64,000 nucleotides of DNA from an uncultured Bacteroidota bacterium (GTDB lineage: Bacteria > Bacteroidota > Ignavibacteria > Ignavibacteriales > Ignavibacteriaceae): positions 10,455 to 74,454 of the forward strand of contig CAVUCX010000072.1 of assembly GCA_963739955.1 (NCBI GenBank), read 5' to 3'. This document shows, one piece after another, positions 8,749 through 17,737 of the stretch (positions within the stretch are counted from its first letter, which is position 1; every line of letters begins with the position of its first letter). The translations under genes and the position numbers were made by a program. The notes beneath the pieces are model-generated. The model was not told the origin of the DNA, searched no databases, and saw only the letters and a list, made by a program, of their open reading frames with translations.

Positions 8749-11475
8749 TTGATGAAAAACAATCCAACAATTTGGCTTTCATATGTATCATTTCCGATAA
8801 CTACCGCAGTTTATTTTGAAAATGCTCTTAGAAAAAAACATAATGTTATTACTTGCGGTCCGAAATTACCTGAGCAAATAGTAAAGCAGTGGCAGTTGGA
8901 AGACATAAAAGCAAAATCCAAAGATCTTGACGTCAACACGAATTTCGGTGATTGGGATTTTAAAACCGTTCTAAACTCTATTCCCAAGAATGCTATCCCG
9001 GATTTATTTTTGTGGGTGGAATCGGCCGCCGGTTATTTTCCCCTGAACATAAAAGGTAACGGCTTCCCGACAGCATGTTATCTTATAGACTCTCATTTAA
9101 GTTTAAGCAGGCATTTGCAATGGGCAAAAAATTTTGATTATGTATTTATTGCACAGAGAGAGTATATCCCTGATTTTAAGAAAGCCGGAATTGAAAATGT
9201 TTACTGGCTGCCCCTGGGAGCTGATCCGGAAGTACATTCTCCGAAAAATGTTCAAAAAATTTACGATGTCGGGTTTGTTGGATCGGTAAATTCGGAATTT
9301 CACAAAAGAAGATCGGAATTACTTCAGAAAATAAACAGCGTAGTAAAAGTAAGTTATAAAAGATGCTGGCTAGATGAGATGGCCGAATTCTTTTCAGCCT
9401 CCAAAATAGTATTTAATAACGCTATAAGAAATGATTTGAATATGCGTTTATTCGAAGCAATGTCTACTGGTTCCTTCTTGCTGACGGACATTGCACTGAA
9501 CAGCGGACAGGATGAAATGTTTAAAGACGGAGAAGATCTGGGAATATATTCCGACGAAAATATAATAGATAAAGTAAAATATTATTTAGATCATGAAGCG
9601 GTGAGGGAAAAAATAGCTTACCGGGGCAGACAAATAATTCAAGAAGCTCATACATATTCTCATCGTGTAGACGAAATATTAAATGTATGTCTCGGAAAAA
9701 CAAAGACAACTCCTACTGCTGAAGAGTGGCGTTCACGTTCGACAGGTAAAATTTCAGTACCGGTTAATGCCGGATTAGATTCATCAAGGTCTACAATCGA
9801 GAATAAAAGAAGTTTTGTAATACCTGTTCTTGATATGTCGCCGGCAAGCCCGTACAATATTGTAAAACTGCTGGATAATTTGAAAGATATTCCTGGAGAT
9901 GTAATTATAATTTTTAATTCGCTTGAGATGGCGGAGAAGCTTAAGGATCATCCCAGAATAGATTATTACGCGTCTATGAAAATGAATGTAGGGGTTTCAA
10001 GAGCATGGAATATAGGGCTTAATATTTCTCAAACTCCGGTTACCTTCATTCTGAATTCGGATCTGCATATCAGTAAGGAAACCATCGAACAAATGGAAAA
10101 ATATCTGCTCCGGCTTCCGGATGCCGCTATCGTCGGTCCGCAGGGCTCATTCTTCAACTTTGAAACGGCGAAAGACATGTTTTATCTTGAAAAAGGAAAA
10201 TTTAATGATCCAATGGTTGTCGATGCGGTTTCAGGATTTTTATTTGCGGTGAAAACCGAGTTGTTCAACAGCAGTGTGATTAAATTTGACAATCAATATA
10301 CTCCTTGTTATTTCGAAGAGTGGGATCTCGGACTTCAGATCAAGCAGAATGATTTAAAATCATATGCTGTTCCGGTTAACGGTTTTGAGCACGAATGGAG
10401 CGGTTCAATTAGAGCGTTGCGTACGATTCAATATTTTAATAAACAGGAAACCTCGAACGAAATACTGGAGCGAAACAGAAAATTATTTTGGACCAAATGG
10501 AAAGGAATAAATTATCTCGAAGGTGATGATTCGGTTCTTCTTGAAAGCTATCTAAAAGACTTATTGTTAAAACAGGCGGAAGAGTTTATCAATCAAGATA
10601 AAATATCCGACGCTGAAAATGTTCTGAAAGAATTATCGGGGCAATATCCTAAGGATAAAGAGATACTTGAGAAACTTGGTCTTCTTATATATAAAGCCAA
10701 CAGGCTGGAAGAAGCACTTGAAGTTTTTGAAAGGATACGCGAACTGGATCCGGATTATCAAATACATACCGGTGAAGTAACTCCGGATGCGGAAAATGCC
10801 TCACGGAACGACGGCTTAATGAGAATAAAAGAAAACGAATATTATAATAACAAGCGGCCAGATATTCAGGCAATTGTGGCGCCTTCCGCGAGAACAATTT
10901 TAGATGTCGGATGCGGAGCGGGGGCAATGGCATCCGAATTAAAAGAAAAATTGAGTGCCGAAGTATGGGGAATTGAATATTATTATGAAGCCGCAGAATC
11001 TGCCGCCAAAATATTAGATAACGTTATTGCGGGGTCGGTTGAAGATTCAATAAATGATCTTCCCAACAATTACTTTGACTCAATTATTTTTGCCGACGTA
11101 TTGGAACATCTTGTTGATCCTTATACGGTTCTTAATGAGATTAAACATAAACTGGCGCCGGACGGGGAGATAATTGCAAGCATACCAAACGTAAGACATT
11201 GGTCCGTTGTCAAAGAATTACTTGAAGGAAACTGGGAATATAAAAAATGGGGTATAATGGACAGTACACATCTGAGGTTTTTTACACGGCAGTCAATATT
11301 CAAAATGTTTGACAATGCCGGTCTTCAAATCACAAATCTGATGTGCAACGTGATAGAGATGAGCGGTCTTACTCCTCATTTAATATCGGCAATGCGGGAA
11401 GCCGATATGAATGTTGATACTCTGGAAGGGGAATCAAAGCATTTTCAATATATATTAAAGGCAAAAAATAAATAG
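8749..11475 (+). CDS. Mosaic enzyme: CgeB-like glycosyltransferase domain + GT2 + TPR + class I SAM methyltransferase
   Basis: CgeB/Glyco_trans_1_2-like block: YDVGFVGS..RLFEAMSTGSFLLTD..HTYSHRVDEIL. GT2-like block: FVIPVLDMSPASPYNIV..ILNSDLHI. One or two TPR units follow. Methyltransferase: ILDVGCGAGAMASEL..FDSIIFADVLEHLVDP..LAPDGEIIASIPN. The start may be the ATG at 8752 rather than the TTG at 8749. Confidence 0.75.
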   Translation: MMKNNPTIWLSYVSFPITTAVYFENALRKKHNVITCGPKLPEQIVKQWQLEDIKAKSKDLDVNTNFGDWDFKTVLNSIPKNAIPDLFLWVESAAGYFPLNIKGNGFPTACYLIDSHLSLSRHLQWAKNFDYVFIAQREYIPDFKKAGIENVYWLPLGADPEVHSPKNVQKIYDVGFVGSVNSEFHKRRSELLQKINSVVKVSYKRCWLDEMAEFFSASKIVFNNAIRNDLNMRLFEAMSTGSFLLTDIALNSGQDEMFKDGEDLGIYSDENIIDKVKYYLDHEAVREKIAYRGRQIIQEAHTYSHRVDEILNVCLGKTKTTPTAEEWRSRSTGKISVPVNAGLDSSRSTIENKRSFVIPVLDMSPASPYNIVKLLDNLKDIPGDVIIIFNSLEMAEKLKDHPRIDYYASMKMNVGVSRAWNIGLNISQTPVTFILNSDLHISKETIEQMEKYLLRLPDAAIVGPQGSFFNFETAKDMFYLEKGKFNDPMVVDAVSGFLFAVKTELFNSSVIKFDNQYTPCYFEEWDLGLQIKQNDLKSYAVPVNGFEHEWSGSIRALRTIQYFNKQETSNEILERNRKLFWTKWKGINYLEGDDSVLLESYLKDLLLKQAEEFINQDKISDAENVLKELSGQYPKDKEILEKLGLLIYKANRLEEALEVFERIRELDPDYQIHTGEVTPDAENASRNDGLMRIKENEYYNNKRPDIQAIVAPSARTILDVGCGAGAMASELKEKLSAEVWGIEYYYEAAESAAKILDNVIAGSVEDSINDLPNNYFDSIIFADVLEHLVDPYTVLNEIKHKLAPDGEIIASIPNVRHWSVVKELLEGNWEYKKWGIMDSTHLRFFTRQSIFKMFDNAGLQITNLMCNVIEMSGLTPHLISAMREADMNVDTLEGESKHFQYILKAKNK

Positions 11476-11658
11476 AAAATTATTAAGTATGAGCATCTTT
11501 TAAGCTTAGGCTACATTAGGCCAATAAAGCCTTATTACAATAATAAATAAGCTGTTTTACTCATAAAAAAGATACTGTGTTTGATATAACATTCGTTATA
11601 CTTACTTTATTTATTAGACAACTCTAAAATTCTCTTCTATTAATTTTAGTTAATGCAC

Positions 11659-11685
11659 TAAACAATTAAAAACACCTTCCGATAA
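11659..11685 (+). promoter_or_regulatory. sigma28 (FliA/SigD)-type promoter for flagellin
   Basis: TAAA (11659-11662), a 15-nt spacer, then TCCGATAA (11678-11685). The consensus is TAAA-N15-GCCGATAA. It lies 89 nt upstream of the flagellin ATG. Confidence 0.65.
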
Positions 11686-11721
11686 TAAACTTGAGAATAA
11701 AATATTCTCTTTATAAAAGAA

Positions 11722-11739
11722 ACGGATAAGGATATCCGT
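11722..11739 (+). promoter_or_regulatory. Leader hairpin presenting AGGA in its loop (CsrA-type binding site)
   Basis: ACGGATA-AGGA-TATCCGT forms a perfect 7-bp stem with a 4-nt loop containing GGA. A second GGA lies in the Shine-Dalgarno sequence (ATGGAGG, 11761-11767). Confidence 0.5.
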
Positions 11740-11773
11740 AATCAACAAAATAAAATAAACATGGAGGTTTATT

Positions 11774-12670
11774 ATGGGTGGTTTTTCAATTAACACCAAT
11801 ATCGATGCTTTGCAAGCGTATAACGCCTTAGCTAAAGTTAACATGAATACCGAAAAAGCGCAGTTAAGATTAGCAACCGGTAAAAGAATTAATTCAGTTG
11901 CTGATGATACATCTGGTTATGCGGTAGGAAAAGCGCTTGACCAAAAAGTACAGCTTATGCAGGCTGCACAATCTAACGTAGGCTCGGCTCAGGATATGCT
12001 CGCGACTGCTGAATCATCTTTAAGTAACGTTAAAGATCTTATCACGCAGATCAAAGCTAAAGTAGCTAACGCTACTAACCCTGCTACCGATAATACGAAC
12101 ACAGCTAATGATATTAAAGCTCTGGCAAATGAAATTGCGAACATTTTTTCTACAACAAAATATAATGATACAACATTATTATCTTCTGTTGCCAACAGCG
12201 GAACATTTTCATTTCAGACCGGTGCCGATTATACCGATAAGCTGAGCATTGATTATGCAAAAGCCGGATCCTTAACCGGAAATTCGGGAGCCACTTTAAG
12301 CGGTGTGACGATTTCGAACATTAGTGATGCAGTGGCTAACGCATTGCAAACTTTAGCTGCAGTTGACGGCAGCAGTACTGCTACAACCAGCTCCATTGCA
12401 AGTTTAGTTACTTCGTTAAATACTTTCGAAGCGGCAGTAAGCACAGCTTTGGGAAGCATAGGTAATTTCGATCAACGTTTAAGTGTTAAAAACGACTTCT
12501 TGACATCTGCTATTACAAATTCACAGTCATCGGTATCAAGATTGTTCGACTCTAACATAGCTCAGGAACAGTTGAACGCGACCAAAGGTCAGATTCAGCA
12601 ACAAGTTGCTACATCGATGTTGTCTCAATTGAACTCAGCCCCGCAGAATCTGTTATCATTATTCAGATAA
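11774..12670 (+). CDS. fliC: Flagellin (short, 298 aa)
   Basis: N-terminal domain: INTNIDALQAYNALAKVNMNTEKAQLRLATGKRINSVADDTSGYAVG. C-terminal domain: QEQLNATKGQIQQQVATSMLSQLNSAPQNLLSLFR. GGAGG lies 7 nt upstream of the ATG. Confidence 0.95.
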   Translation: MGGFSINTNIDALQAYNALAKVNMNTEKAQLRLATGKRINSVADDTSGYAVGKALDQKVQLMQAAQSNVGSAQDMLATAESSLSNVKDLITQIKAKVANATNPATDNTNTANDIKALANEIANIFSTTKYNDTTLLSSVANSGTFSFQTGADYTDKLSIDYAKAGSLTGNSGATLSGVTISNISDAVANALQTLAAVDGSSTATTSSIASLVTSLNTFEAAVSTALGSIGNFDQRLSVKNDFLTSAITNSQSSVSRLFDSNIAQEQLNATKGQIQQQVATSMLSQLNSAPQNLLSLFR

Positions 12671-12687
12671 TAGATTAAGATAAATTC

Positions 12688-12718
12688 CCCTCTCCCTTAA
12701 ACGGGAGAGGGATTTTTT
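12688..12718 (+). terminator. Rho-independent terminator after flagellin
   Basis: CCCTCTCCC-TTAAAC-GGGAGAGGG forms a 9-bp GC-rich stem, followed by A and a run of 6 T. Confidence 0.85.
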
Positions 12719-12749
12719 ACAACTAAATTGAGTTTTTGAGGAAAGTTTT

Positions 12750-13085
12750 ATGTATAACCCGACACCGGCAAGATCGAACTCCAATAAATTGAATCCATAT
12801 CTTGTAAAAGAAATTATGGAAGCGACTCCGCAGCAGCTTTTAATTAAGATCTATGACTTTGCCATTTTGAATTGTCAGCGAAAGAATTTAGCGAAAACCA
12901 ATCAAGCTCTTCAAGAATTAATTAATTCTTTGAAATGGGAAGGGGAAGCCGTTGCGAATGTTTCGGCTGGATTGTTTAAGCTATACCAGTATTGTCAGGA
13001 CGAAATGAGAAAAAAGAATTACGAAATGGTATATAAAATATTAACTGAACTTAGAGATTCATGGTTGTCGATATTTAATATGTAA
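12750..13085 (+). CDS. fliS: Flagellin-specific export chaperone FliS
   Basis: 111 aa. The pattern ATPQQLLIKIYDFAILNC..ALQELINSL..VANVSAGLFKLYQYCQDEM..ILTELRDSW matches the FliS four-helix pattern. It sits between flagellin and fliD. Confidence 0.8.
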   Translation: MYNPTPARSNSNKLNPYLVKEIMEATPQQLLIKIYDFAILNCQRKNLAKTNQALQELINSLKWEGEAVANVSAGLFKLYQYCQDEMRKKNYEMVYKILTELRDSWLSIFNM

Positions 13086-13094
13086 GGATATAAA

Positions 13095-14897
13095 ATGTCT
13101 GGGAGTATTTTAACAACATCGGGCATCAATTCACTGGTAAGCGCATACCAATCGCAGCAAACTAGTTTGTTTATATCACCGCTGCGAACAATTCAATCAA
13201 AATATAAAAATCTATCTTCCGCTTACTCTTCTTTAAGTTCAAAAGTGAATACATTGATTACAGGGCTATCCGGATTTACATCCACAGATAGCAGTTCTGT
13301 GTTTGCAGCAATTGCCGCCTCTTCTTCAAATACGAATTTTGTTACAGCCTCGGCTACAAACTCCGCGTCAATAGGAAACTATTCCATGCGCGTTGAACAG
13401 CTTGCTAAAAGTGATATCGCGGTTTCACAAAACATGACTTCCTCAGACGCTAACAGCATCACCGGGACTCATAATTTTTCTATTACTACCGGTACGCCTA
13501 CCGGTGATGTAACGAGCAACTTAAGCGTTACATTCGGAACCGGCGAAACAAATCAAACCGTGATGCAAAAAATTGCCGAAGCAATAAATTCAAATCAGGC
13601 GGTAGTGAAGTCGGGTTCTCTCGATCCCACGGTCAATTATGCGGGGGCGGCGAGTTCAATTACTTTTAATGTCGGCGGTACTGCAACTACCGTAAGCGTT
13701 AATGCCGGCGGAGCAGGCAGCCAAACAAACAGCCAATTACTGGATGAAATGGTGCAGAATATAAATGCAAATGTAACCGGTGTATCCGCACAAAAAATTA
13801 CTGATCCGAATAATTCTGCAAATGAAATGCTGCAAATTACAGTCACCGATACTTCCAAAAGTATTTCAATATCAGATGCAAGTGGCACACTTGCTTCGGA
13901 TCTTGGAATTACTGCTTCTAATTTAGTAGGAGCTTCCGGACTGGTTTCGGCTTCATCTTTTACACCGTCAACCGGATTATCCCAGTTTTCACTGACTTCG
14001 AAAAATACCGGACTGGATTATATAATTAAAAATATTTCCGACTCTTCGGGAAGCAGCGCATTAAGTTCTATTGGCTTCAACCTTGGATCCAGCAGACCGA
14101 CTTTCGACCAATCAACTTCGCCGAATACTGCCGGTTATGTTTATTCCGATACAACTCTGAATGCAAACCAGCTGAATGCAAAAATTAATTTCAACGGATT
14201 GGAAATTCAAAGAAACTCAAATACAATTAACGATTTAGCTGCCGGAGTAACTTTTAATCTTAACTCGGTTCAACAATCGTCCGATCCGAATGTAAATGTG
14301 AATGTAAATACCGATACAACATCCATTACATCGCAAATAAATACTTTTATTAAAAACTTTAACGACGTTTATACTTATCTGAAAACCAATTCGGCTGTTT
14401 CATCGACTACCGGAAGAAGTATTCTTACCGGTGATTCAACCGCAAGTTCTCTCATAAGTATAATGACCTCATCCGCCATTTCGTCTGTAAGCGGATTGCC
14501 GCAGAATTCGTTAAATATGCTTTCATCAATCGGTATTTCGTTTGACACTACAAACGGTTTAAGCATATCCAACAGTACGTTGCTGAATCAGCAGCTCACG
14601 AATAACATGTCGCAGGTTAAAGACCTGTTTAATTCAACAAATGGTATTGCGAATAATCTGCACAATTCTATTAATCCTTATATCGGAGCTACAGGCTTTA
14701 TTACAACTGCACAATCAGGATTTGACAGCAACGTTCAGAATTATAGTGACAGAATAACTACTGCCCAGACAAAAATAAGCAAAAGCACCGATTCTCTAAG
14801 AACACAGTACGAAAAACTGCAAGCGCAGCTTGTTGATTTAACGAATACCGCGCAGACTTATTTCGGAGTAACATTAACGGATTATTTTAACTCATGA
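13095..14897 (+). CDS. fliD: Flagellar filament cap protein FliD (HAP2)
   Basis: N-terminus: GINSLVSAYQSQQTSLFISPLRTIQSKYKNLSSAYSSLSSKV. C-terminus: ITTAQTKISKSTDSLRTQYEKLQAQLVDLTNTAQ. The centre is very Ser/Thr/Asn-rich. Confidence 0.85.
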   Translation: MSGSILTTSGINSLVSAYQSQQTSLFISPLRTIQSKYKNLSSAYSSLSSKVNTLITGLSGFTSTDSSSVFAAIAASSSNTNFVTASATNSASIGNYSMRVEQLAKSDIAVSQNMTSSDANSITGTHNFSITTGTPTGDVTSNLSVTFGTGETNQTVMQKIAEAINSNQAVVKSGSLDPTVNYAGAASSITFNVGGTATTVSVNAGGAGSQTNSQLLDEMVQNINANVTGVSAQKITDPNNSANEMLQITVTDTSKSISISDASGTLASDLGITASNLVGASGLVSASSFTPSTGLSQFSLTSKNTGLDYIIKNISDSSGSSALSSIGFNLGSSRPTFDQSTSPNTAGYVYSDTTLNANQLNAKINFNGLEIQRNSNTINDLAAGVTFNLNSVQQSSDPNVNVNVNTDTTSITSQINTFIKNFNDVYTYLKTNSAVSSTTGRSILTGDSTASSLISIMTSSAISSVSGLPQNSLNMLSSIGISFDTTNGLSISNSTLLNQQLTNNMSQVKDLFNSTNGIANNLHNSINPYIGATGFITTAQSGFDSNVQNYSDRITTAQTKISKSTDSLRTQYEKLQAQLVDLTNTAQTYFGVTLTDYFNS

Positions 14898-15226
14898 GTG
14901 ACGTAACAAAAAGGGTGGAGAGAATACGGTATCTTATTTCCGAAGCCGGCAGACAAATGCTTTCTGCTACGAATATGGACTTCGATGAAAAACTGGCTCA
15001 TGTCAGGCAACTTTTAAAGGAGTCTCGCGAACATAAGATTTACCTGTTATCCAAGTATTCAATAGCCGAGTTAGAGCAGTTTGAGCCGGAGTTGACTAAA
15101 CTCACTAAACAAGTTTCCGAAATATTCGATAATATCGGTAAGAAAAAAAAATCAGAACTTATGATACTGGCAGAAAGAATCAAATTTGTGCAAAATCAGA
15201 AGAAATTAGTAAATTACCATAGGTGA
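14894..15226 (+). CDS. Small helical protein of unknown function in the late flagellar operon
   Basis: Its ATG overlaps the fliD stop (ATGA). 110 aa, charged and helical, with no motif I recognise. A FliT/FlgN-like chaperone role is only a guess. Confidence 0.5.
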   Translation: MSDVTKRVERIRYLISEAGRQMLSATNMDFDEKLAHVRQLLKESREHKIYLLSKYSIAELEQFEPELTKLTKQVSEIFDNIGKKKKSELMILAERIKFVQNQKKLVNYHR

Positions 15227-15229
15227 GAA

Positions 15230-15493
15230 ATGAATATTAAACCGTTATCCAACAGTAATTATTATCAGCAAAATTCATCTGGAAAAGTTTCCGAATCAAA
15301 GGAAAAACCAGGCTCAGAATCAAAAATTCAAGATAAACTAGAACTTTCTGATGAGGCAAAAAAAATTCAAAATTCAACTCCAAATACCAAAAACCTTGAT
15401 GAAATAAAGGCTAAGATCAGTCAAAATTATTATAACTCCGATGCGGTTATATCAAAAGTAGCGGACAAAATTTTAAATACTCTGAAACAATAA
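15230..15493 (+). CDS. flgM: Anti-sigma28 factor FlgM
   Basis: 87 aa. The C-terminus LELSDEAKKIQ..NLDEIKAKISQNYYNSDAVISKVADKIL matches the FlgM sigma28-binding region. Confidence 0.75.
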   Translation: MNIKPLSNSNYYQQNSSGKVSESKEKPGSESKIQDKLELSDEAKKIQNSTPNTKNLDEIKAKISQNYYNSDAVISKVADKILNTLKQ

Positions 15494-15643
15494 TTTTGTA
15501 TTAACTAATTATTACCTTCCTTACCGTATTTTTTCGCTTACCGAATTCGGCCTGTATTTTAGAATAAAGGTTGCTAATTTATTTTATAATATTTAAACTA
15601 CACTCCAAGATTTTGATTAATATTTAGCAGCTTTTTATGGAAT

Positions 15644-16372
15644 ATGGCGGACAATAATTACCAAGAAAACAAATTACGTATTTTAGGCAAGTTAACAGCT
15701 AGTTTGATTCATGAAATTCGGAATCCTCTTTCTGCCATCAAACTGAATCTGGATTATCTGAAAATGATTGAAAATGAACTGCCCGGTGAAGCTGTAGAAT
15801 CTGTGGAATATTGTAAAGATGCCCTCCTCCGAATACAGTACTTAGTTGATAATATCCTTACCTTTTCAAGAAAAAATTTTAACGGCGATAAGCACTGCTC
15901 AATAAATGAAATTACTGAAAATGTGGTTTCAATTGTGAAATACGACGCCGAAAGGAAAAATGTTCAAATAAAAACGGAACTGGATGATTCTCTTCCGGAA
16001 GTTAACTTTGATAAGAGCAAGTTGTTGCAGGTTTTTTTAAATCTTGTTACGAATTCAATAGAATCATGCATAAACGGCGGAAAGATACTGATTAAAACAT
16101 ATGGCGATTCTTCCGAGTTTATTGTCTGGGAAATTAAAGATTCTGGTATGGGAATCAGTGATGAAAATAAAACAAAAATATTTAACGATTTCTATACGAA
16201 TAAAGAAAAAGGAACCGGACTCGGGTTAAGCGTTTGTAAAATGATATTGGATGAATTCAATGCCGCAATCGACTTCGAAAGCACTTTGGGCGAAGGAACG
16301 AGATTTTTTATAAGATTTAATTTAAACCTCTTACAGGGAAGAAATGAAATTCAAAATATTAATTATAGATGA
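15644..16372 (+). CDS. Soluble histidine kinase (HisKA + HATPase_c only, no sensor or TM), FlgS/FlrB-like by context
   Basis: H-box LTASLIHEIRNPLSAI. N box LLQVFLNLVTNSIES. G boxes DSGMGISDE and GTGLGLSVC. It overlaps the downstream regulator start by 29 nt. Confidence 0.85.
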   Translation: MADNNYQENKLRILGKLTASLIHEIRNPLSAIKLNLDYLKMIENELPGEAVESVEYCKDALLRIQYLVDNILTFSRKNFNGDKHCSINEITENVVSIVKYDAERKNVQIKTELDDSLPEVNFDKSKLLQVFLNLVTNSIESCINGGKILIKTYGDSSEFIVWEIKDSGMGISDENKTKIFNDFYTNKEKGTGLGLSVCKMILDEFNAAIDFESTLGEGTRFFIRFNLNLLQGRNEIQNINYR

Positions 16373-17339
16373 CGATAATTTAGTCTGCCTTTCTCTTAAA
16401 AAATTATTAATAAAACTTGGCTACGATGTTGATATCTGTTTAAACGGCGAAGAAACTTTCGAGAAAATTGAAGATTTTGAACCGGATATTATCCTACTGG
16501 ATATTTACCTAACTACTCACAACGGCCTTGAACTTTTAAAACAATTCCAGCAGAAATTTCATCATATTCCGGTTATTATGATAACGGGATATTCCGATGT
16601 AAAAATTGCCGTAACCGCCATCAAATCAGGAGCATTTGACTTCCTTCTCAAACCGATAGACATTGAGCAGCTTCAGGTTGTATTAAAAAAAGCGCTGGAC
16701 AGCATTACTCTACGATCGGAAGTTGACAAACTTCATCAGCTTCTCAAATCTGACGATATCCTTTCTCGCGAGTTCTTCGGCAAGAGTCCCAAAATTAGAA
16801 GATTAATAACGTCTGTTGAAAAACTTTCCAAAAGCCCGGATACTACGATTTTACTTGAAGGGGAAAGCGGGACGGGGAAGGAAGAGTTCGCAAAATTTAT
16901 TCATCAGCAAAGTTCGAGAAGCGATTCGGCGTTTATACAAATTAACTGTTCCGCTATTCCGAAGGAACTGGCCGAAAGCGAACTGTTCGGTCATGAAAAA
17001 GGCGCATTTACAGGTGCGCTTCAAAAAACGAAATTAGGCAAATTTGAACTTGCAAACGGCGGCACGATTCTGCTCGATGAGATAGGAGAATTATCTCTTG
17101 ACCTCCAGGTAAAATTATTAAGAATTCTGCAGGAAAGAAAATTTTACAGGTTGGGAGGAGAAAAAGAAATATCGGTAAATGTAAGAGTGCTTGCCGCAAC
17201 AAACAGAAATCTTGAAGAAGAAGTAAAAAAAGGAAATTTCAGAGAAGATCTGTATTACAGGTTAAACGTTGCCAAAATAAATATTCCGCCGTTAAGGGAA
17301 AGAAAAGAAGATATATCTATGCTTGCATATTCTTTTTAA
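16344..17339 (+). CDS. NtrC-family sigma54-dependent response regulator, fragment 1 (REC + most of the AAA+ domain)
   Basis: REC: KILIIDDD..IILLDIYL..ITGY. AAA+: Walker A GESGTGKE, GAFTGA loop (EKGAFTGA), LDEIGEL, RVLAATN. Reading stops in a T5 run at 17333-17337. Confidence 0.85.
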   Translation: MKFKILIIDDDNLVCLSLKKLLIKLGYDVDICLNGEETFEKIEDFEPDIILLDIYLTTHNGLELLKQFQQKFHHIPVIMITGYSDVKIAVTAIKSGAFDFLLKPIDIEQLQVVLKKALDSITLRSEVDKLHQLLKSDDILSREFFGKSPKIRRLITSVEKLSKSPDTTILLEGESGTGKEEFAKFIHQQSSRSDSAFIQINCSAIPKELAESELFGHEKGAFTGALQKTKLGKFELANGGTILLDEIGELSLDLQVKLLRILQERKFYRLGGEKEISVNVRVLAATNRNLEEEVKKGNFREDLYYRLNVAKINIPPLRERKEDISMLAYSF

Positions 17340-17392
17340 AAGAGTTTGCGGTCAAATTCGATAAGAACATAAGGGGAATTGATGCAAATGCT

Positions 17393-17737
17393 TTGCAGCT
17401 TCTCGAGTCCTATCCCTGGAAGGGAAATATCAGAGAACTTAGAAATGTTATGGAACGAGCCATAATACTTATGGAAGAAGACGAATTGAAAGAACACCAC
17501 CTCAGTTTTTTACTGGAAAATTCAATAGCCAAAACCGAAGACGACGATAAATTTGTTTTAAAGATTCCTTCCTCGGGGGTAAAAATAGACCTGGTTCTCC
17601 GCTCTCTTATTCAGAAGACGTTAAAGATTACAAACGGTAACCAGGTGAAAGCCGCGAAAATATTGGGACTATCAAGATCTAAATTGCGATACAGAATGGA
17701 ACAGCTCGGAATTGAAGTGACTAAGAATATTTTATAA
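17393..17737 (+). CDS. Same regulator, fragment 2 (end of AAA+ plus Fis-type HTH)
   Basis: LLESYPWKGNIRELRNVMERAIIL and the C-terminal HTH NQVKAAKILGLSRSKLRYRM. This frame is open back to about 17330 and reads FLKEFAVKFDKNIRGIDANAL, which is the expected continuation. Confidence 0.85.
   Translation: MQLLESYPWKGNIRELRNVMERAIILMEEDELKEHHLSFLLENSIAKTEDDDKFVLKIPSSGVKIDLVLRSLIQKTLKITNGNQVKAAKILGLSRSKLRYRMEQLGIEVTKNIL

Noticed and set aside
16816-17037. A 73-aa same-strand alternative-frame ORF inside the sigma54 activator, and similarly 40525-40731 inside the TonB-C gene.
   Set aside because: They overlap conserved domains read in another frame (Walker A to GAFTGA region; TonB_C). The translations are basic and low-complexity, and there is no ribosome-binding site.
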